Assembly: GCA_958296385.1 (NCBI GenBank)
Contig: OY282494.1
Location: 415,416-479,415 of the forward strand
From: an uncultured Dehalococcoidia bacterium
GTDB lineage: Bacteria > Chloroflexota > Dehalococcoidia > Lucifugimonadales > UBA3495
Direction: 5' to 3'
Length of the DNA: 64,000 nucleotides
In this document: piece by piece, positions 36,719 through 46,461 of the stretch
How the letters are laid out: every line of letters starts with the position of its first letter
Position numbering within the stretch: the first letter of the stretch is position 1
The notes under the pieces: generated by a model
Seen by the model: the letters and a program-made list of their open reading frames with translations, nothing else
Told to the model about the DNA's origin: nothing
The model's database searches: none
Made by a program: the position numbers and the translations under genes

Positions 36719-37078
36719 ATGAACCCGTTAGGCATTGGCCCCCTGGAGCTGGTCGTCGTATTGCTGGTGGCGTTTATCGCCCTTGGGCCGGGCAAGACTA
36801 TGGAAGTAGCCCGCACCATCGGCCGCGTCGTGCGCGAAGCCCGGCGCACTTTTACCGACGTTATGGACGCCGCATCCATTACTAGCGATGACGTCAACCG
36901 TCGCCCCCCCGGCCCAACTCCGGGCCCAACTGCGCCCCCGGATGACGACCCGCCCCCCGCCCCGGTTCGCCCGCCGGACGACCCCATCACGTCGCCGCCG
37001 CACCTCCGCGCGCAAAACCCACCGCCGGACGACGCCGACTCCGACGCCGGCCCCGATGCCGACCGCCGCCAGTCTTGA
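36719..37078 (+). CDS. TatA/TatB-family twin-arginine translocase component (TatB-like, Pro-rich tail)
   Basis: It has an N-terminal TM plus hinge (GIGPLELVVVLLVAFIALGPGK) and an amphipathic helix. It lies directly upstream of tatC. Confidence 0.7.
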   Translation: MNPLGIGPLELVVVLLVAFIALGPGKTMEVARTIGRVVREARRTFTDVMDAASITSDDVNRRPPGPTPGPTAPPDDDPPPAPVRPPDDPITSPPHLRAQNPPPDDADSDAGPDADRRQS

Positions 37079-37080
37079 CC

Positions 37081-37956
37081 ATGGTTAGCGAGCTGCTGCC
37101 GCTGATAGCCCGATTCGGAGACCCGCGCATCCTTTTGCCGCTCGGCGTCATCGTACTGCTTGCCGTCGCCGTCGCCGCCGTCTATCTGTACTACCGCATC
37201 CGGCGCCCGCCCCGCCCCCCGGCCAGCGATGCCATCCCATTGCGGGAGCATTTCGTAGAGCTGCGGAGCCGTCTGCTCGTTTGCCTGGTGGCCCTGCTAA
37301 TCGGCACGGCGGTAGCGTTCTACTTCTACGAGGAGATATTCCGGCTGCTGCTGCGGCCCGCCCAGCAAGTCGTCGCATCCGGCGATTTCAAGCCCATCTA
37401 CACCGACGTCACCGAGTTCCTCGGCACCACCGTGCGAATGTCCCTGCTGGGCGGGTTCGTGCTGGCGCTGCCGGTAATCCTCTACAACGCCATCCGCTTC
37501 GCCGCCCCCGGCCTGACGCCTCGCGAACGCAAAATCCTGTTCTCATTCCTGCCCGTCGCTTTGCTGGCCTTCGTCGGCGGAATGGCTTTCGGCTACTTCG
37601 TGATGATTCCGCCGGCCCTGCGTTTCCTGCTGACTTTCGGCGGCGACATCGCCGACCCGCTCATCCGCATCAGCAACCTGGTGAACATAATGGTGCGGCT
37701 GCTATTCTGGCTGGGCCTGTCCTTTGAGACGCCGCTGGTCATGTACATCCTGGCGGTGTTGGGCGTGGTGCGGGCCAGTGGATTCGCCCGCTTTCGCCGG
37801 TTCTGGCTGGTAGCGGCCTTCCTAATCGCCGCCGCCATCACCCCCACCATCGACCCCGTCAACCAGGCAATAGTAGCCGTGCCGCTGATTGTGCTGTACG
37901 AAGTAGGCATCCTGCTGGCCAAATTCGCCGGCCGCCGCCGGCCCACCACCGACTAG
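37081..37956 (+). CDS. tatC: twin-arginine translocase subunit TatC
   Basis: It has LREHFVELRSRLL and six hydrophobic segments. ATG 37081 was chosen; the track lists TTG 37075. Confidence 0.85.
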   Translation: MVSELLPLIARFGDPRILLPLGVIVLLAVAVAAVYLYYRIRRPPRPPASDAIPLREHFVELRSRLLVCLVALLIGTAVAFYFYEEIFRLLLRPAQQVVASGDFKPIYTDVTEFLGTTVRMSLLGGFVLALPVILYNAIRFAAPGLTPRERKILFSFLPVALLAFVGGMAFGYFVMIPPALRFLLTFGGDIADPLIRISNLVNIMVRLLFWLGLSFETPLVMYILAVLGVVRASGFARFRRFWLVAAFLIAAAITPTIDPVNQAIVAVPLIVLYEVGILLAKFAGRRRPTTD

Positions 37957-37969
37957 CCCGGCAAACCAA

Positions 37970-37993
37970 AGGGCGCAGCCCGCGCCGCGCCCT
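37970..37993. terminator. GC-rich hairpin between convergent tatC and tatA (possible bidirectional terminator)
   Basis: GGGCGC (37971-76) pairs with GCGCCC (37987-92) around a 10-nt loop. There is no clear U-tract. Confidence 0.35.
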
Positions 37994-38019
37994 CATTAGA
38001 TACCCGGTTCTGCGCCTTT

Positions 38020-38223
38020 TCAGGTGTTGCGCTCGTTTGAGCCGGCCTCAGTTCCGGTGCCGGTGCCGGCCTTTTCATCCTCGCCGGTTACCGACGTCTT
38101 GAACGACCGGATACCCTTGCCCAGCGCGGAACCCACTCCGGGCAGCCGGGACGCCCCAAAGATGAGCAGCACCACCACCAGAATTAACAGCAGTTCGGGC
38201 AACCCTAAACCTGCGATTCGCAT
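38020..38223 (-). CDS. tatA: twin-arginine translocase subunit TatA/E
   Basis: The sequence MRIAGLGLPELLLILVVVLLIFGASRLPGVGSALGKGIRSFK is canonical TatA. Confidence 0.85.
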   Translation of the reverse strand: MRIAGLGLPELLLILVVVLLIFGASRLPGVGSALGKGIRSFKTSVTGEDEKAGTGTGTEAGSNERNT

Positions 38224-38300
38224 TGCAGTTCCTACTCCAGTTCGGATGCCACCATTCTATCAGATGCCGTCCGCCAGGGCTATCGCCAGCAAATACAAGA

Positions 38301-38434
38301 TGGCGTTCCGTTTCGGGTGATTTAATTTCCCTAATGTCATCTGAGCGCCCTTGCCCCCAAAGACACAACGAGGGGGTCTGGGGGAAATCATTTCCCCCAG
38401 CGTCACCCCCCTTGCCTCAAAAATACGCCGCCCC
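38301..38434. repeat. variant intergenic repeat, copy E (outer-arm fragment, truncated left arm, hairpin module)
   Basis: GCGTTCCGTTTCGGGTGATTTAATTTCCCTAATGTCAT matches the outer and left part of copy C. CCTTGCCCCCAAAGACACAACGAGGGGGTCTGGGGGAAATCATTTCCCCCAGCGTC matches copy D (hairpin at 38378-38400). Confidence 0.8.
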
Positions 38435-38448
38435 GTCACCTCCCCAAC

Positions 38449-38477
38449 TTGCCGCTCCCGCCGGCTAACGCTATAAT
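38449..38477 (+). promoter_or_regulatory. candidate promoter of the lpdA-pdhABC operon
   Basis: TTGCCG (38449-54) is followed by a 17-nt spacer and a perfect TATAAT (38472-77). It lies about 120 nt upstream of ATG 38596. Confidence 0.45.
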
Positions 38478-38595
38478 GCGCCCGTCTAGCGCGCTGCCCA
38501 ACCGCCCGCCCGGTTCGCACCCCTATCCTCATCCCACCCTGCGGTTGCCGGTTTTGTGCCGCTCACGACGACTATACGGATGGTTGGATAGTTCA

Positions 38596-39996
38596 ATGGC
38601 GACTGACTCGGATTATGACGTAGCGGTAATTGGCGGTGGGCCGGGGGGTTACGTTGCGGCCATCCGCGCCGGCCAGCTTGGACTCAAAGCCTGTGTCATC
38701 GAGCGGGACGCCCTCGGCGGCGTTTGCCTCAATTGGGGCTGCATCCCCTCCAAGGCCCTGCTCAAAAACGCCGAAATCCTGTCCTACATCCACCGCGCCG
38801 ACCAGTTCGGCCTCCGCTTTGACAACTTCCACGCCGATTACAGCGTAGCCGTCGGACGCAGCCGCCAGGTCGTCAACCGCATGACCCGCGGCATCGGCTT
38901 TCTGCTCCGCAAGAACAACGTGGAGCACATCCCCGGCACGGCCCGCATCGTATCCCCCAACAGCATTGACGTAACCGGCCCCGCCGGCGCTGCCACCCCG
39001 GTACGGGCGCGCAACATAATCGTTGCCACCGGCGCCCGCCCCCGCAGCATCCCCCCCCTGCCCGTTGACGGCGCACGCATCATCACCAGCCGCGAAGCCA
39101 TCGTCGCCGAGGACATCCCAGAATCCATCGCCATCGTCGGCGGCGGCGCCATCGGCGTTGAGTTTGCCTACATCTACCGGATGTACGGCGCCAGCGTCAC
39201 CATCATTGAGCTGCTGCCCCGCCTGGTTCCCAACGAGGATGAGGAAATCAGCCAGCAGCTGGAGCGGGCTTTCAACCGGGAGGGCATCGCCATCCGCACC
39301 GGCGCCGGCGTCACCGGCGCGCAAACCGACGCTACCGGCGTAACCCTCTCCATCGACCAGGCCGGCGCCGCCGCAACCGCCCGCTTTGACAAAGTTCTGG
39401 TAGCCATCGGCGTCCAGCCCAACACCGAGTCCCTGGGGCTGGAATCCGTCGGCGTAGCCACGGAACGGGGCTACGTCAGCATTGACGACAAGATGGCCAC
39501 CAACGTCCCCGGCATCTACGCCGTCGGCGACGTAACCGGCAAACTGGCCCTGGCCCACGTAGCCTCCGCGCAAGGCGTAACTGCCGTCGAAGCCATCGCC
39601 GGCGCGGAAACCCAGCCCCTCGACTACACCCTGATGCCCCGTGCCACCTACTGCCATCCGCAGGTCGCGTCAATGGGCCTAACCGAAGCCCAGGCCCGCG
39701 AGCAGGGCTACGATGTCAAAGTAGGCCGTTTCAACGTCCCGGCCAGCGGCAAGGCCGTCGCCATGGGCGAAACCGATGGCATGGTCAAGCTGGTAATTGA
39801 TGCTCAATACGGCGAAATCCTCGGCGGCCATATGTGCGGCCCGGAGGTAACCGAACTCCTCGGCGAATTATCCATGACCAAACTGCTGGAAGGCACCACC
39901 CTGGAATTGGGCTGGGCCGTCCACGCCCACCCCACCATCGCCGAAATGCTGCACGAAGCCGCCCTTGACGCCGAAGGCCGCGTCATCCATATGTAA
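38596..39996 (+). CDS. lpdA: dihydrolipoyl dehydrogenase (E3)
   Basis: It has the FAD motif VIGGGPGGY and the redox disulfide CLNWGCIPSK. The start was trimmed to ATG 38596. Confidence 0.9.
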   Translation: MATDSDYDVAVIGGGPGGYVAAIRAGQLGLKACVIERDALGGVCLNWGCIPSKALLKNAEILSYIHRADQFGLRFDNFHADYSVAVGRSRQVVNRMTRGIGFLLRKNNVEHIPGTARIVSPNSIDVTGPAGAATPVRARNIIVATGARPRSIPPLPVDGARIITSREAIVAEDIPESIAIVGGGAIGVEFAYIYRMYGASVTIIELLPRLVPNEDEEISQQLERAFNREGIAIRTGAGVTGAQTDATGVTLSIDQAGAAATARFDKVLVAIGVQPNTESLGLESVGVATERGYVSIDDKMATNVPGIYAVGDVTGKLALAHVASAQGVTAVEAIAGAETQPLDYTLMPRATYCHPQVASMGLTEAQAREQGYDVKVGRFNVPASGKAVAMGETDGMVKLVIDAQYGEILGGHMCGPEVTELLGELSMTKLLEGTTLELGWAVHAHPTIAEMLHEAALDAEGRVIHM

Positions 39997-40069
39997 CCCG
40001 CCGCCGCCGGCCGTCAAACACCGCCCACCCGAGCCACTGACCACCGAGCCACTGACCGGAGAAAGGGAT

Positions 40070-41080
40070 ATGCTCAAATCAGGGGACGTTCCCGAACTTA
40101 ACAAAACCGACTTGCTGGACTTTTACCGGCAGATGAAGCTCATCCGCGAGTTTGAGCGCGAGTCGGAACGGCAGTACACCCGCGGCAACATCAAGGGTTT
40201 CCTCCACGTCTATAACGGCGAGGAGGCCATCGCCGTCGGATCCATCAACACCCTGCGCCCCGATGACTACGTGGTAACCCACTACCGCGACCACGGGCAG
40301 GCCCTGGCCCGGGGCATCACCAGCAGCGAAGTGATGGCCGAGCTGATGGGCAAGGCCACCGGATGCAGCCAGGGCAAGGGCGGCTCCATGCACCTGTTCA
40401 GCTCCGAACTGAACTTTATGGGCGGCTACGCCATCGTCGGCGGCCAGCTCACCATCGCCGCCGGCATCGGCATGGCCATCCAGTATCGCGGCGCTGACCA
40501 GGTGGTGCTGTGCTTTTTTGGCGATGGCGCCGTCAACGAGGGCGAGTTTCACGAAGCCATGAATCTGGCCGCCATCTGGAAACTGCCCGTCATATTTTTC
40601 TGCGAACACAACCTTTACGGCATGGGCGCATCCTCCAAAGAAACCCTGGTGATGTGGGATTCCCTGCACAAAATGGCCGACGCCTACGGCATGGCCAACT
40701 ACGAAGTGGACGGCAACGACGTGCTGGCCGTCCGGGGCCTGATGCGCAAGGTGAACGCCGAAGTTCGTTCCGGCAAGGGCCCCGCTTTCATCGTCGCCCG
40801 CACCTACCGCCTCCGGGGCCACTCCGTCGCCGACCCCGCCAACTATCGCCCCGAAACCGAAGTAGAGTACTGGACGACCCAAGACCCCATCCCCCGCTTT
40901 CAGGACTGGCTCACCGACGAAGGCATTGCCACCGTTGAGGACTTTGAGGAAATCGACGCCGCCGTGAACGACGAAGTTGTCCTCGCCGCCGAGTTCGCCG
41001 AGTCGTCGCCGTGGCCCGAACCCGCCGCGCTGTACCACGGCGTCTATGCCGACCGACCGGCTGAAGGTATTCCCACTTGA
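40070..41080 (+). CDS. pdhA: pyruvate (2-oxoacid) dehydrogenase E1 alpha subunit
   Basis: It has GFLHVYNGEEAIAVG and the TPP motif GDGAVNEGEFHEAMNLAA. ATG 40070 follows GGAGAAAGGGA. Confidence 0.85.
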   Translation: MLKSGDVPELNKTDLLDFYRQMKLIREFERESERQYTRGNIKGFLHVYNGEEAIAVGSINTLRPDDYVVTHYRDHGQALARGITSSEVMAELMGKATGCSQGKGGSMHLFSSELNFMGGYAIVGGQLTIAAGIGMAIQYRGADQVVLCFFGDGAVNEGEFHEAMNLAAIWKLPVIFFCEHNLYGMGASSKETLVMWDSLHKMADAYGMANYEVDGNDVLAVRGLMRKVNAEVRSGKGPAFIVARTYRLRGHSVADPANYRPETEVEYWTTQDPIPRFQDWLTDEGIATVEDFEEIDAAVNDEVVLAAEFAESSPWPEPAALYHGVYADRPAEGIPT

Positions 41081-41111
41081 AACGGATTGCCCAGCAGCCA
41101 GAGGAATCACC

Positions 41112-42098
41112 ATGCCGGTTATAACCTATCGCGACGCCGTATCTACTGCATTGCGGGAAGCTTTGGACGAGGACGAGCGCATCTTTCTGATGGGCGAGGA
41201 CATCGGCCCCTACGGCGGCGCTTTCGCCGTCACCAAAGGCTTCTGGGAGCAGTACGGTTCCCGTCGCATCAAGGACTCGCCCCTGGCCGAGTCGGTAATC
41301 GTCGGCGCCGGCGTTGGCGCCGCCATGGCCGGCCTGCGCCCGGTAGTCGAGCTGATGACCATCAATTTCAGCCTGCTGGCCATGGACCAGATTGTCAACC
41401 ACGCCGCCAAAATACGCTATATGTCCGGCGGCCAGTTCACCATCCCCCTGATTATCCGCACCGTAACCGGCGCCGGCGCATCCGTTGGCGCCACCCACTC
41501 GCAGTCCTTTGAGGGCTGGTACGCCTCCGTGCCGGGCCTCACCGTCGTAACCCCGTCCACCCCCAAAGACGTCCTCGGCCTGTTCCGCACCTGCCGCGAC
41601 CTGAACGACCCGGTGCTTTTCGTAGAGCACATCCTGCTGTACAGCACCCGCGGCGAAACGCCGGCGCCGGCCAATTTCCGCATCCCCATCGGCCAGGCCG
41701 AAGTACGGCGCACCGGCAAAGACATCACCCTGTGCGGCTACTCCCGCATGGCCCTGGTGGCCGAACAAGCCGCCGCAATCCTGGCCGACGAAGGCATCGC
41801 AGCCGACGTCATTGACTTGCGTTGCCTCCGCCCTCTGGATATGGAAACCGTAGTCAATTCGGTCAAAAAAACCCACCGCGCCGTAATGGTAGAGGAAACC
41901 ACCCGCCTCGGCGGTTTCGCCGGCGAGCTGGTCTCCCAGATACAGGAAGCGGCCTTTGACTACCTGGACGCCCCCATCGCACGCGTTGCCGGCGAGGAAG
42001 TGCCCATCCCCTACTCGTTCCCCCTGGAACAGCTGGCCATCCCGGACGCCCGGCGCGTTGCCGCCGCCGCCCGCAAAATCCTGAACCGCCCGGCCTGA
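41112..42098 (+). CDS. pdhB: pyruvate (2-oxoacid) dehydrogenase E1 beta subunit
   Basis: The sequence ITYRDAVSTALREALDEDERIFLMGEDIG is a typical E1 beta N-terminus. ATG 41112 follows GAGGAA. Confidence 0.85.
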   Translation: MPVITYRDAVSTALREALDEDERIFLMGEDIGPYGGAFAVTKGFWEQYGSRRIKDSPLAESVIVGAGVGAAMAGLRPVVELMTINFSLLAMDQIVNHAAKIRYMSGGQFTIPLIIRTVTGAGASVGATHSQSFEGWYASVPGLTVVTPSTPKDVLGLFRTCRDLNDPVLFVEHILLYSTRGETPAPANFRIPIGQAEVRRTGKDITLCGYSRMALVAEQAAAILADEGIAADVIDLRCLRPLDMETVVNSVKKTHRAVMVEETTRLGGFAGELVSQIQEAAFDYLDAPIARVAGEEVPIPYSFPLEQLAIPDARRVAAAARKILNRPA

Positions 42099-42170
42099 TT
42101 GTTTCCGACGCTCTACCCTGCCGAACCTGGTTTCGGTCTAAATCGGTCTTGATTTGATAAGGAGGACTCC

Positions 42171-43421
42171 GTGGCAACCAACGTCGTGATGCCGCAGATG
42201 GGCTACGATATGAGGGAAGGCACCGTCGTGCGCTGGTACAAGCAGGAAGGCGAAACGGTGAACCGGGGCGAAGTAATCGCCGACATTGAAACCGACAAAG
42301 CCACCGTTGAGTTTGAGGCTTACACCGACGGCGTGCTGGGCCGGATCGTCGCCTCCGAAGGCATCGCCGTGCCGGTAGGCAACCTCATCGCCATCATCAC
42401 CGAACCCGGCGAAGCAGTGCCGGATGCGCCGGCCCCGCCGGAGCCGGCCGCCGCCGCCGCTGCGCCGGCAGCCGCTCCCAGCCCGGCCCCCGTTCCCGCC
42501 GCCGCCGTCCCGCCGCCGGCCGCCCCTGCTGCGCCCGCCGACGGCCCGGTGCGCGCATCCCCCATCGCCCGCCGTCTGGCCCGCGAACGCGGCATCGACC
42601 TGGCCGCCCTCACCGGCACCGGCCCCAACGGCCGCATCGTCGAGCAGGACGTTTTGAACTACGAACCGCCGGCCGAGACCCCGGCCGCCGCCCCGGAGGC
42701 CCCGGCCGCCGCTCCGGCCCCGGCGCCGGCTGCCCCCGCCGATTCGCGCATTGAATTGACCCGTATGCGCCAGACCATCGCCCGCGTTACGTCCGACAGC
42801 AAAAGTGCCGCGCCGCATTTCTACGTTACCGCCGAGATTGACATGGGCAAAGCCATGGCCCTGCGCCGCGATGTGAACGCCGCCGCCGGCCCGGACAACC
42901 GGGTATCGGTCAACGACCTGATGGTCAAGGCGTGCGCCCTGGCCCTGGTCAAGCACCCCAAGTTCAACTCGTTCTACCGGGGCGATTACCTGGAAGTGCA
43001 CGGCGCAATGAACATCGGCATCGCCATCGCGCTGGACACCGGCCTCATTCTGCCCGGCGTAAGCAACTGCGAAAGCAAAACCCTGCTGCAAATCGCCGCC
43101 GCCACCAAAGACCTCATCGCCCGTGCCAACAGCGGCACCCTGCGCAACGACGAGTACAGCGGCACCACGTTCAGCATCAGCAACATGGGAATGTTTGACG
43201 TCGAAAGTTTCACCGCCATAATCTACCCGCCCCACGCCGCAATCCTGGCCGTAGGCAGCGTCAAACAGCAACCCGTAGTCCGCGACGGCGAACTCGCCAT
43301 CGCCCAAACAATGAAAGCCACCCTCTCCACCGACCACCGCGTCGCCGACGGCGCCGAAGCCGCCGTATTCCTGATGGAAATCAAACGCGTACTGGAGAAG
43401 CCGGTCAGCCTGCTGCTGTGA
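42171..43421 (+). CDS. pdhC: dihydrolipoamide acyltransferase (E2) with lipoyl, subunit-binding and catalytic domains
   Basis: It has the lipoyl-lysine motif DIETDKATVEFEA, Ala/Pro linkers, a PSBD (ASPIARRLARERGIDL) and the catalytic DHRVADGA. The GTG start follows AAGGAGG. Confidence 0.85.
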   Translation: MATNVVMPQMGYDMREGTVVRWYKQEGETVNRGEVIADIETDKATVEFEAYTDGVLGRIVASEGIAVPVGNLIAIITEPGEAVPDAPAPPEPAAAAAAPAAAPSPAPVPAAAVPPPAAPAAPADGPVRASPIARRLARERGIDLAALTGTGPNGRIVEQDVLNYEPPAETPAAAPEAPAAAPAPAPAAPADSRIELTRMRQTIARVTSDSKSAAPHFYVTAEIDMGKAMALRRDVNAAAGPDNRVSVNDLMVKACALALVKHPKFNSFYRGDYLEVHGAMNIGIAIALDTGLILPGVSNCESKTLLQIAAATKDLIARANSGTLRNDEYSGTTFSISNMGMFDVESFTAIIYPPHAAILAVGSVKQQPVVRDGELAIAQTMKATLSTDHRVADGAEAAVFLMEIKRVLEKPVSLLL

Positions 43422-43431
43422 GGGGATCTAA

Positions 43432-44151
43432 ATGACGGCTTCAATCAAAACCCTACCCGCCTCCGACGTGCTCGATACCCTCGCTAACGCGCCGGACGAC
43501 GTGACTACGACCATCCTGGACCCCTGGTACAACAAAGGCGTTGGCGGTTACCGGGAGGATTACAATGATTGGCTGGGCGATATTGTCGCTGCTGCCGCTC
43601 GCATCTCGCAGCACGTTTTCGTGTGGGGATTCCCGGAAATCGTCGCCCATCAGGTAACCAGAATCCCGGCCGGCTTTAAGCTGTCGGCATGGCTAACCTG
43701 GTACTACAAGAACTGCCCTTCCGTCATCCGGGGCTGGCGTTCCGCTCAAAACGCCTGCCTGCACCTTTCGGCTGACGGCGCAAAAATCTACCCGGAACAT
43801 TTCCTTAATCCGAGCCAATTAGAGCGTTGGGAATCGGGCAAGATGCGTTTTGTTCCGGGGCCGCCCACCGTGCTTGAAGTCCCTCTAAACGTCGGTTTCG
43901 TAGGCAAAGACGAGCAAACCGGACATCCCGCCCAAAAGCCTTTGTCGGTTATCAAACCCCTGATTTTGATGACAACCAAAGAGAACGATTTGGTGATGGA
44001 CCCGATGTGCGGTTCCGGAACTACCGGCGCGGCTTGCTTGCAGCTGAACCGTCGGGCTATGCTTTGCGACTCAGCAGAGCAATGGATTGACGTAACCCAA
44101 CAGCGTATCCGCCGTTGTTATCTGGGCATTGACCGCGCTATGACGGCCTGA
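43432..44151 (+). CDS. DNA methyltransferase, N4-cytosine/N6-adenine beta class
   Basis: Motif IV-like DPWY lies near the N-terminus, HPAQKP in the middle, and the SAM motif DPMCGSGTTG near the C-terminus. This order is typical of the N6_N4 MTase family. Confidence 0.8.
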   Translation: MTASIKTLPASDVLDTLANAPDDVTTTILDPWYNKGVGGYREDYNDWLGDIVAAAARISQHVFVWGFPEIVAHQVTRIPAGFKLSAWLTWYYKNCPSVIRGWRSAQNACLHLSADGAKIYPEHFLNPSQLERWESGKMRFVPGPPTVLEVPLNVGFVGKDEQTGHPAQKPLSVIKPLILMTTKENDLVMDPMCGSGTTGAACLQLNRRAMLCDSAEQWIDVTQQRIRRCYLGIDRAMTA

Positions 44152-44159
44152 GGCTTGGA

Positions 44160-44804
44160 ATGGCGGAACGGGATGCGGTCATCAAAGGCCCCTACAACCA
44201 AAAATCGGTGCGGGCGCGAATTGAGGCATTCTTTCTCGACAATCTCGGCAAAGTTGCCACCAGGGAGCAGATTATTGAAGTGGCTACCGACCCGGTTACC
44301 GGGAGACAGCCGGAGAATTGGCATCAAAGGCTGTCGGAACTGCGCACGGATAGCGGATATACTATCTTTTCCTGGCGCAACCGGGGTGACCTCAAGGTTA
44401 GCGAATATCTTATGCCCACTGCTGAGCGACGCAGTACGGCGGCGGGCCGGATCAGACCGACAGCTTACGTATGGGAGACGGTTCTCAGAGATGCGAATTA
44501 CAGATGCGCATGGGATGAAGGCGGAATGATTTGCGCTCTGCGGCAAGGCGACATTGACCCGGTAGGCGGCGGAACAGTACGCTTAACGCCAGACCACAAA
44601 CTACCCCACTCCCTTGACGCCAGCGCCGACCCTCAGGATATTTCAAGATGGCAGCCACTATGCGGCCGGCACCAAGTGATGAAACGGAATTATTGGGATG
44701 ACGATACGGGTTGGCTCAATGTAATAGCCATCGTGCAGTCCGCCTCTGAGGAACAAAAACGCCAGGTGCTGGATTTTCTAACTGATTACTTCCTTTCCAA
44801 CTAG
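44160..44804 (+). CDS. putative restriction endonuclease with C-terminal HNH (beta-beta-alpha-Me) motif
   Basis: The HNH-like segment is YRCAW...C...LTPDHKLPHS...WQPLCGRHQVMKRNYW. The gene starts 8 nt after the MTase. The N-terminus has a wHTH-like segment. Confidence 0.6.
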   Translation: MAERDAVIKGPYNQKSVRARIEAFFLDNLGKVATREQIIEVATDPVTGRQPENWHQRLSELRTDSGYTIFSWRNRGDLKVSEYLMPTAERRSTAAGRIRPTAYVWETVLRDANYRCAWDEGGMICALRQGDIDPVGGGTVRLTPDHKLPHSLDASADPQDISRWQPLCGRHQVMKRNYWDDDTGWLNVIAIVQSASEEQKRQVLDFLTDYFLSN

Positions 44805-44817
44805 CCGGAGTTTTACC

Positions 44818-46458
44818 ATGCCCCAAATGACCGGCGGCCAGGCTGTGGTCGCATCCCTCCACGCCCAGGGTGTTGACACCGTTTTCGGCATCATATCGGT
44901 GCATACCCTTGACTTGTTTGACGCCCTGTTTGACCGGCAGGATGACGTGCGTTTTATCGGCGGCCGGCTGGAGCTGGGCTGCGGGTACATGGCTGACGGG
45001 TATTCCCGGGCCACCGGCAAGCCCGGCGTCATCCTCACCAGCACCGGCCCCGGCGCCGCCGACTCGGTGGGCGCAATGGGCGAGGCTTACTTCTCGGCCT
45101 CATCCATCTTGCAGGTAACCACCAACGTGGAAGCCGAGTTCGTCGGCAGCGGTCGCATGGCTACTCACGAAACCAAAGACCAGCTCGGTATGTTCGCCGC
45201 CGTAACCGACTGGAACGCCCGCATCGACCAGATTGAATCCATCCCCGACCATTTCGTCGAGGCTTTCGTCCGTTTCGGAGAGCGACGCCCCCGGCCCATC
45301 GAGCTGGAAGTTCCCACCGACTTGCTCGGCCAAGCCGCCGACGTAGAGGTGTTGCAGCCCCGCGAACCTAACGTCCCGCAAGGCGACCCGGCGCAGGTCG
45401 AGCGGGCGTGGAGCATCCTGCGCAACGCCAAACGCCCGGTCATTTTTCTCGGCGAGGAGATTCACACCACCGGCGGCGCCGATGACGTAATCGCCCTAGC
45501 CGAACGCCTCGGCGCCCCCGTCGTCACCGGCGACGGCGCCAAAGGAACCTTCCCGGAGAATCACCCCCTGTCCCTGGGCATGGCCTTGGGCAACCGCATC
45601 TGGGGTCAAAATCCGGTGCTGGACTGGATGGGAGACTGCGATGTCGCTCTGGTGCTGGGCAGCAACCTGCCCTATCGCTCCACCTCCGGCGTCGGCGTCA
45701 AACTGCCCAAAACCGTCATCCACGTCCTGCTGGACGGCGATTACATCGGCAAAAACTACGCTACCGAGGTAGGCATTGCCGCCAACAGCGGCGCGGTAGT
45801 CCGCCAGTTCCTCAGCGCCGCCGGCAATGCCGACGTCGGCGCTGGCGCTGCTTACCGGCAGGAAGTGGCCGCCCTCAAGCAGTCTATTTATACCGGCTTG
45901 CAAGAGCAATGGGGGCCGGAACTGCGGGCCTGGGAGGCCATCCGTTCCGTAATCCCCGATGAAACCATTTTCTCGCTGGATGCTACCGTGCCGGCCAACC
46001 GCGCCGTGCGCTGCCTGCCCATGAACCGCCCCCGCAGCTATATGTACCCCCACGGCTGGGCTGGTCTGGGGTTCGGCTTTCCGGCGGCCATGGGCGCCAA
46101 AGTGGGCCGCCCCGGCTGCCCGGTGATTTGCGTTACCGGCGATGGCGGCTTCCAGTACAACGCCCAGGAACTTGGCACCGCCGTGCAGTACGGCATCAAC
46201 CCCATCGTTATGGTGTTCAACGACAGCGCCTGGGGCGTGCTGAAAGGCTACCAAAGCGACCGCGGCGGCCGGCAGATGGCCACCGATTTGGTCAACCCCG
46301 ATTTCGTAAAGCTCTTTGACTCCTACGGCATCGGCGGCACGCGGGTGCATAACGTTGCCGAGATGACCCGCGCCGTCCAGGACGCCGTAGCCGCCGACCG
46401 TATTCACTTGATTGAAGTCGTAATGCCCGACGGCTTCCCCGCCTTTTGCCGAGGCTAG
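44818..46458 (+). CDS. thiamine-pyrophosphate-dependent enzyme (acetolactate synthase large subunit-like)
   Basis: It has GVDTVFGIISVHTLDLFDAL, GPGAADSVGAMGEAY and the TPP motif GDGGFQYNAQELGTAVQYGINPIVMVFND. Confidence 0.8.
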   Translation: MPQMTGGQAVVASLHAQGVDTVFGIISVHTLDLFDALFDRQDDVRFIGGRLELGCGYMADGYSRATGKPGVILTSTGPGAADSVGAMGEAYFSASSILQVTTNVEAEFVGSGRMATHETKDQLGMFAAVTDWNARIDQIESIPDHFVEAFVRFGERRPRPIELEVPTDLLGQAADVEVLQPREPNVPQGDPAQVERAWSILRNAKRPVIFLGEEIHTTGGADDVIALAERLGAPVVTGDGAKGTFPENHPLSLGMALGNRIWGQNPVLDWMGDCDVALVLGSNLPYRSTSGVGVKLPKTVIHVLLDGDYIGKNYATEVGIAANSGAVVRQFLSAAGNADVGAGAAYRQEVAALKQSIYTGLQEQWGPELRAWEAIRSVIPDETIFSLDATVPANRAVRCLPMNRPRSYMYPHGWAGLGFGFPAAMGAKVGRPGCPVICVTGDGGFQYNAQELGTAVQYGINPIVMVFNDSAWGVLKGYQSDRGGRQMATDLVNPDFVKLFDSYGIGGTRVHNVAEMTRAVQDAVAADRIHLIEVVMPDGFPAFCRG

Positions 46459-46461
46459 ACC

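Noticed and set aside
36719-38223. The Tat gene layout (tatB-like and tatC on the plus strand, tatA convergent on the minus strand) as something unusual
   Set aside because: Split and multi-copy TatA/B family genes are common in bacteria, and nothing in the sequences themselves looks aberrant.
38596-43421. Deciding whether the E3-E1alpha-E1beta-E2 cluster is a pyruvate, branched-chain 2-oxoacid or acetoin dehydrogenase
   Set aside because: The E1 alpha motifs (GFLHVYNGEEA) look PDH-like, so pdh symbols are used. Substrate specificity cannot be settled from sequence inspection alone, so no special claim is made.
43432-44804. Calling the R-M pair a mobile element or genomic island
   Set aside because: No integrase, transposase, tRNA attachment site or flanking direct repeats are visible. 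Only the by-eye compositional difference supports foreign origin, so it is reported as an R-M system and not as a mobile element.
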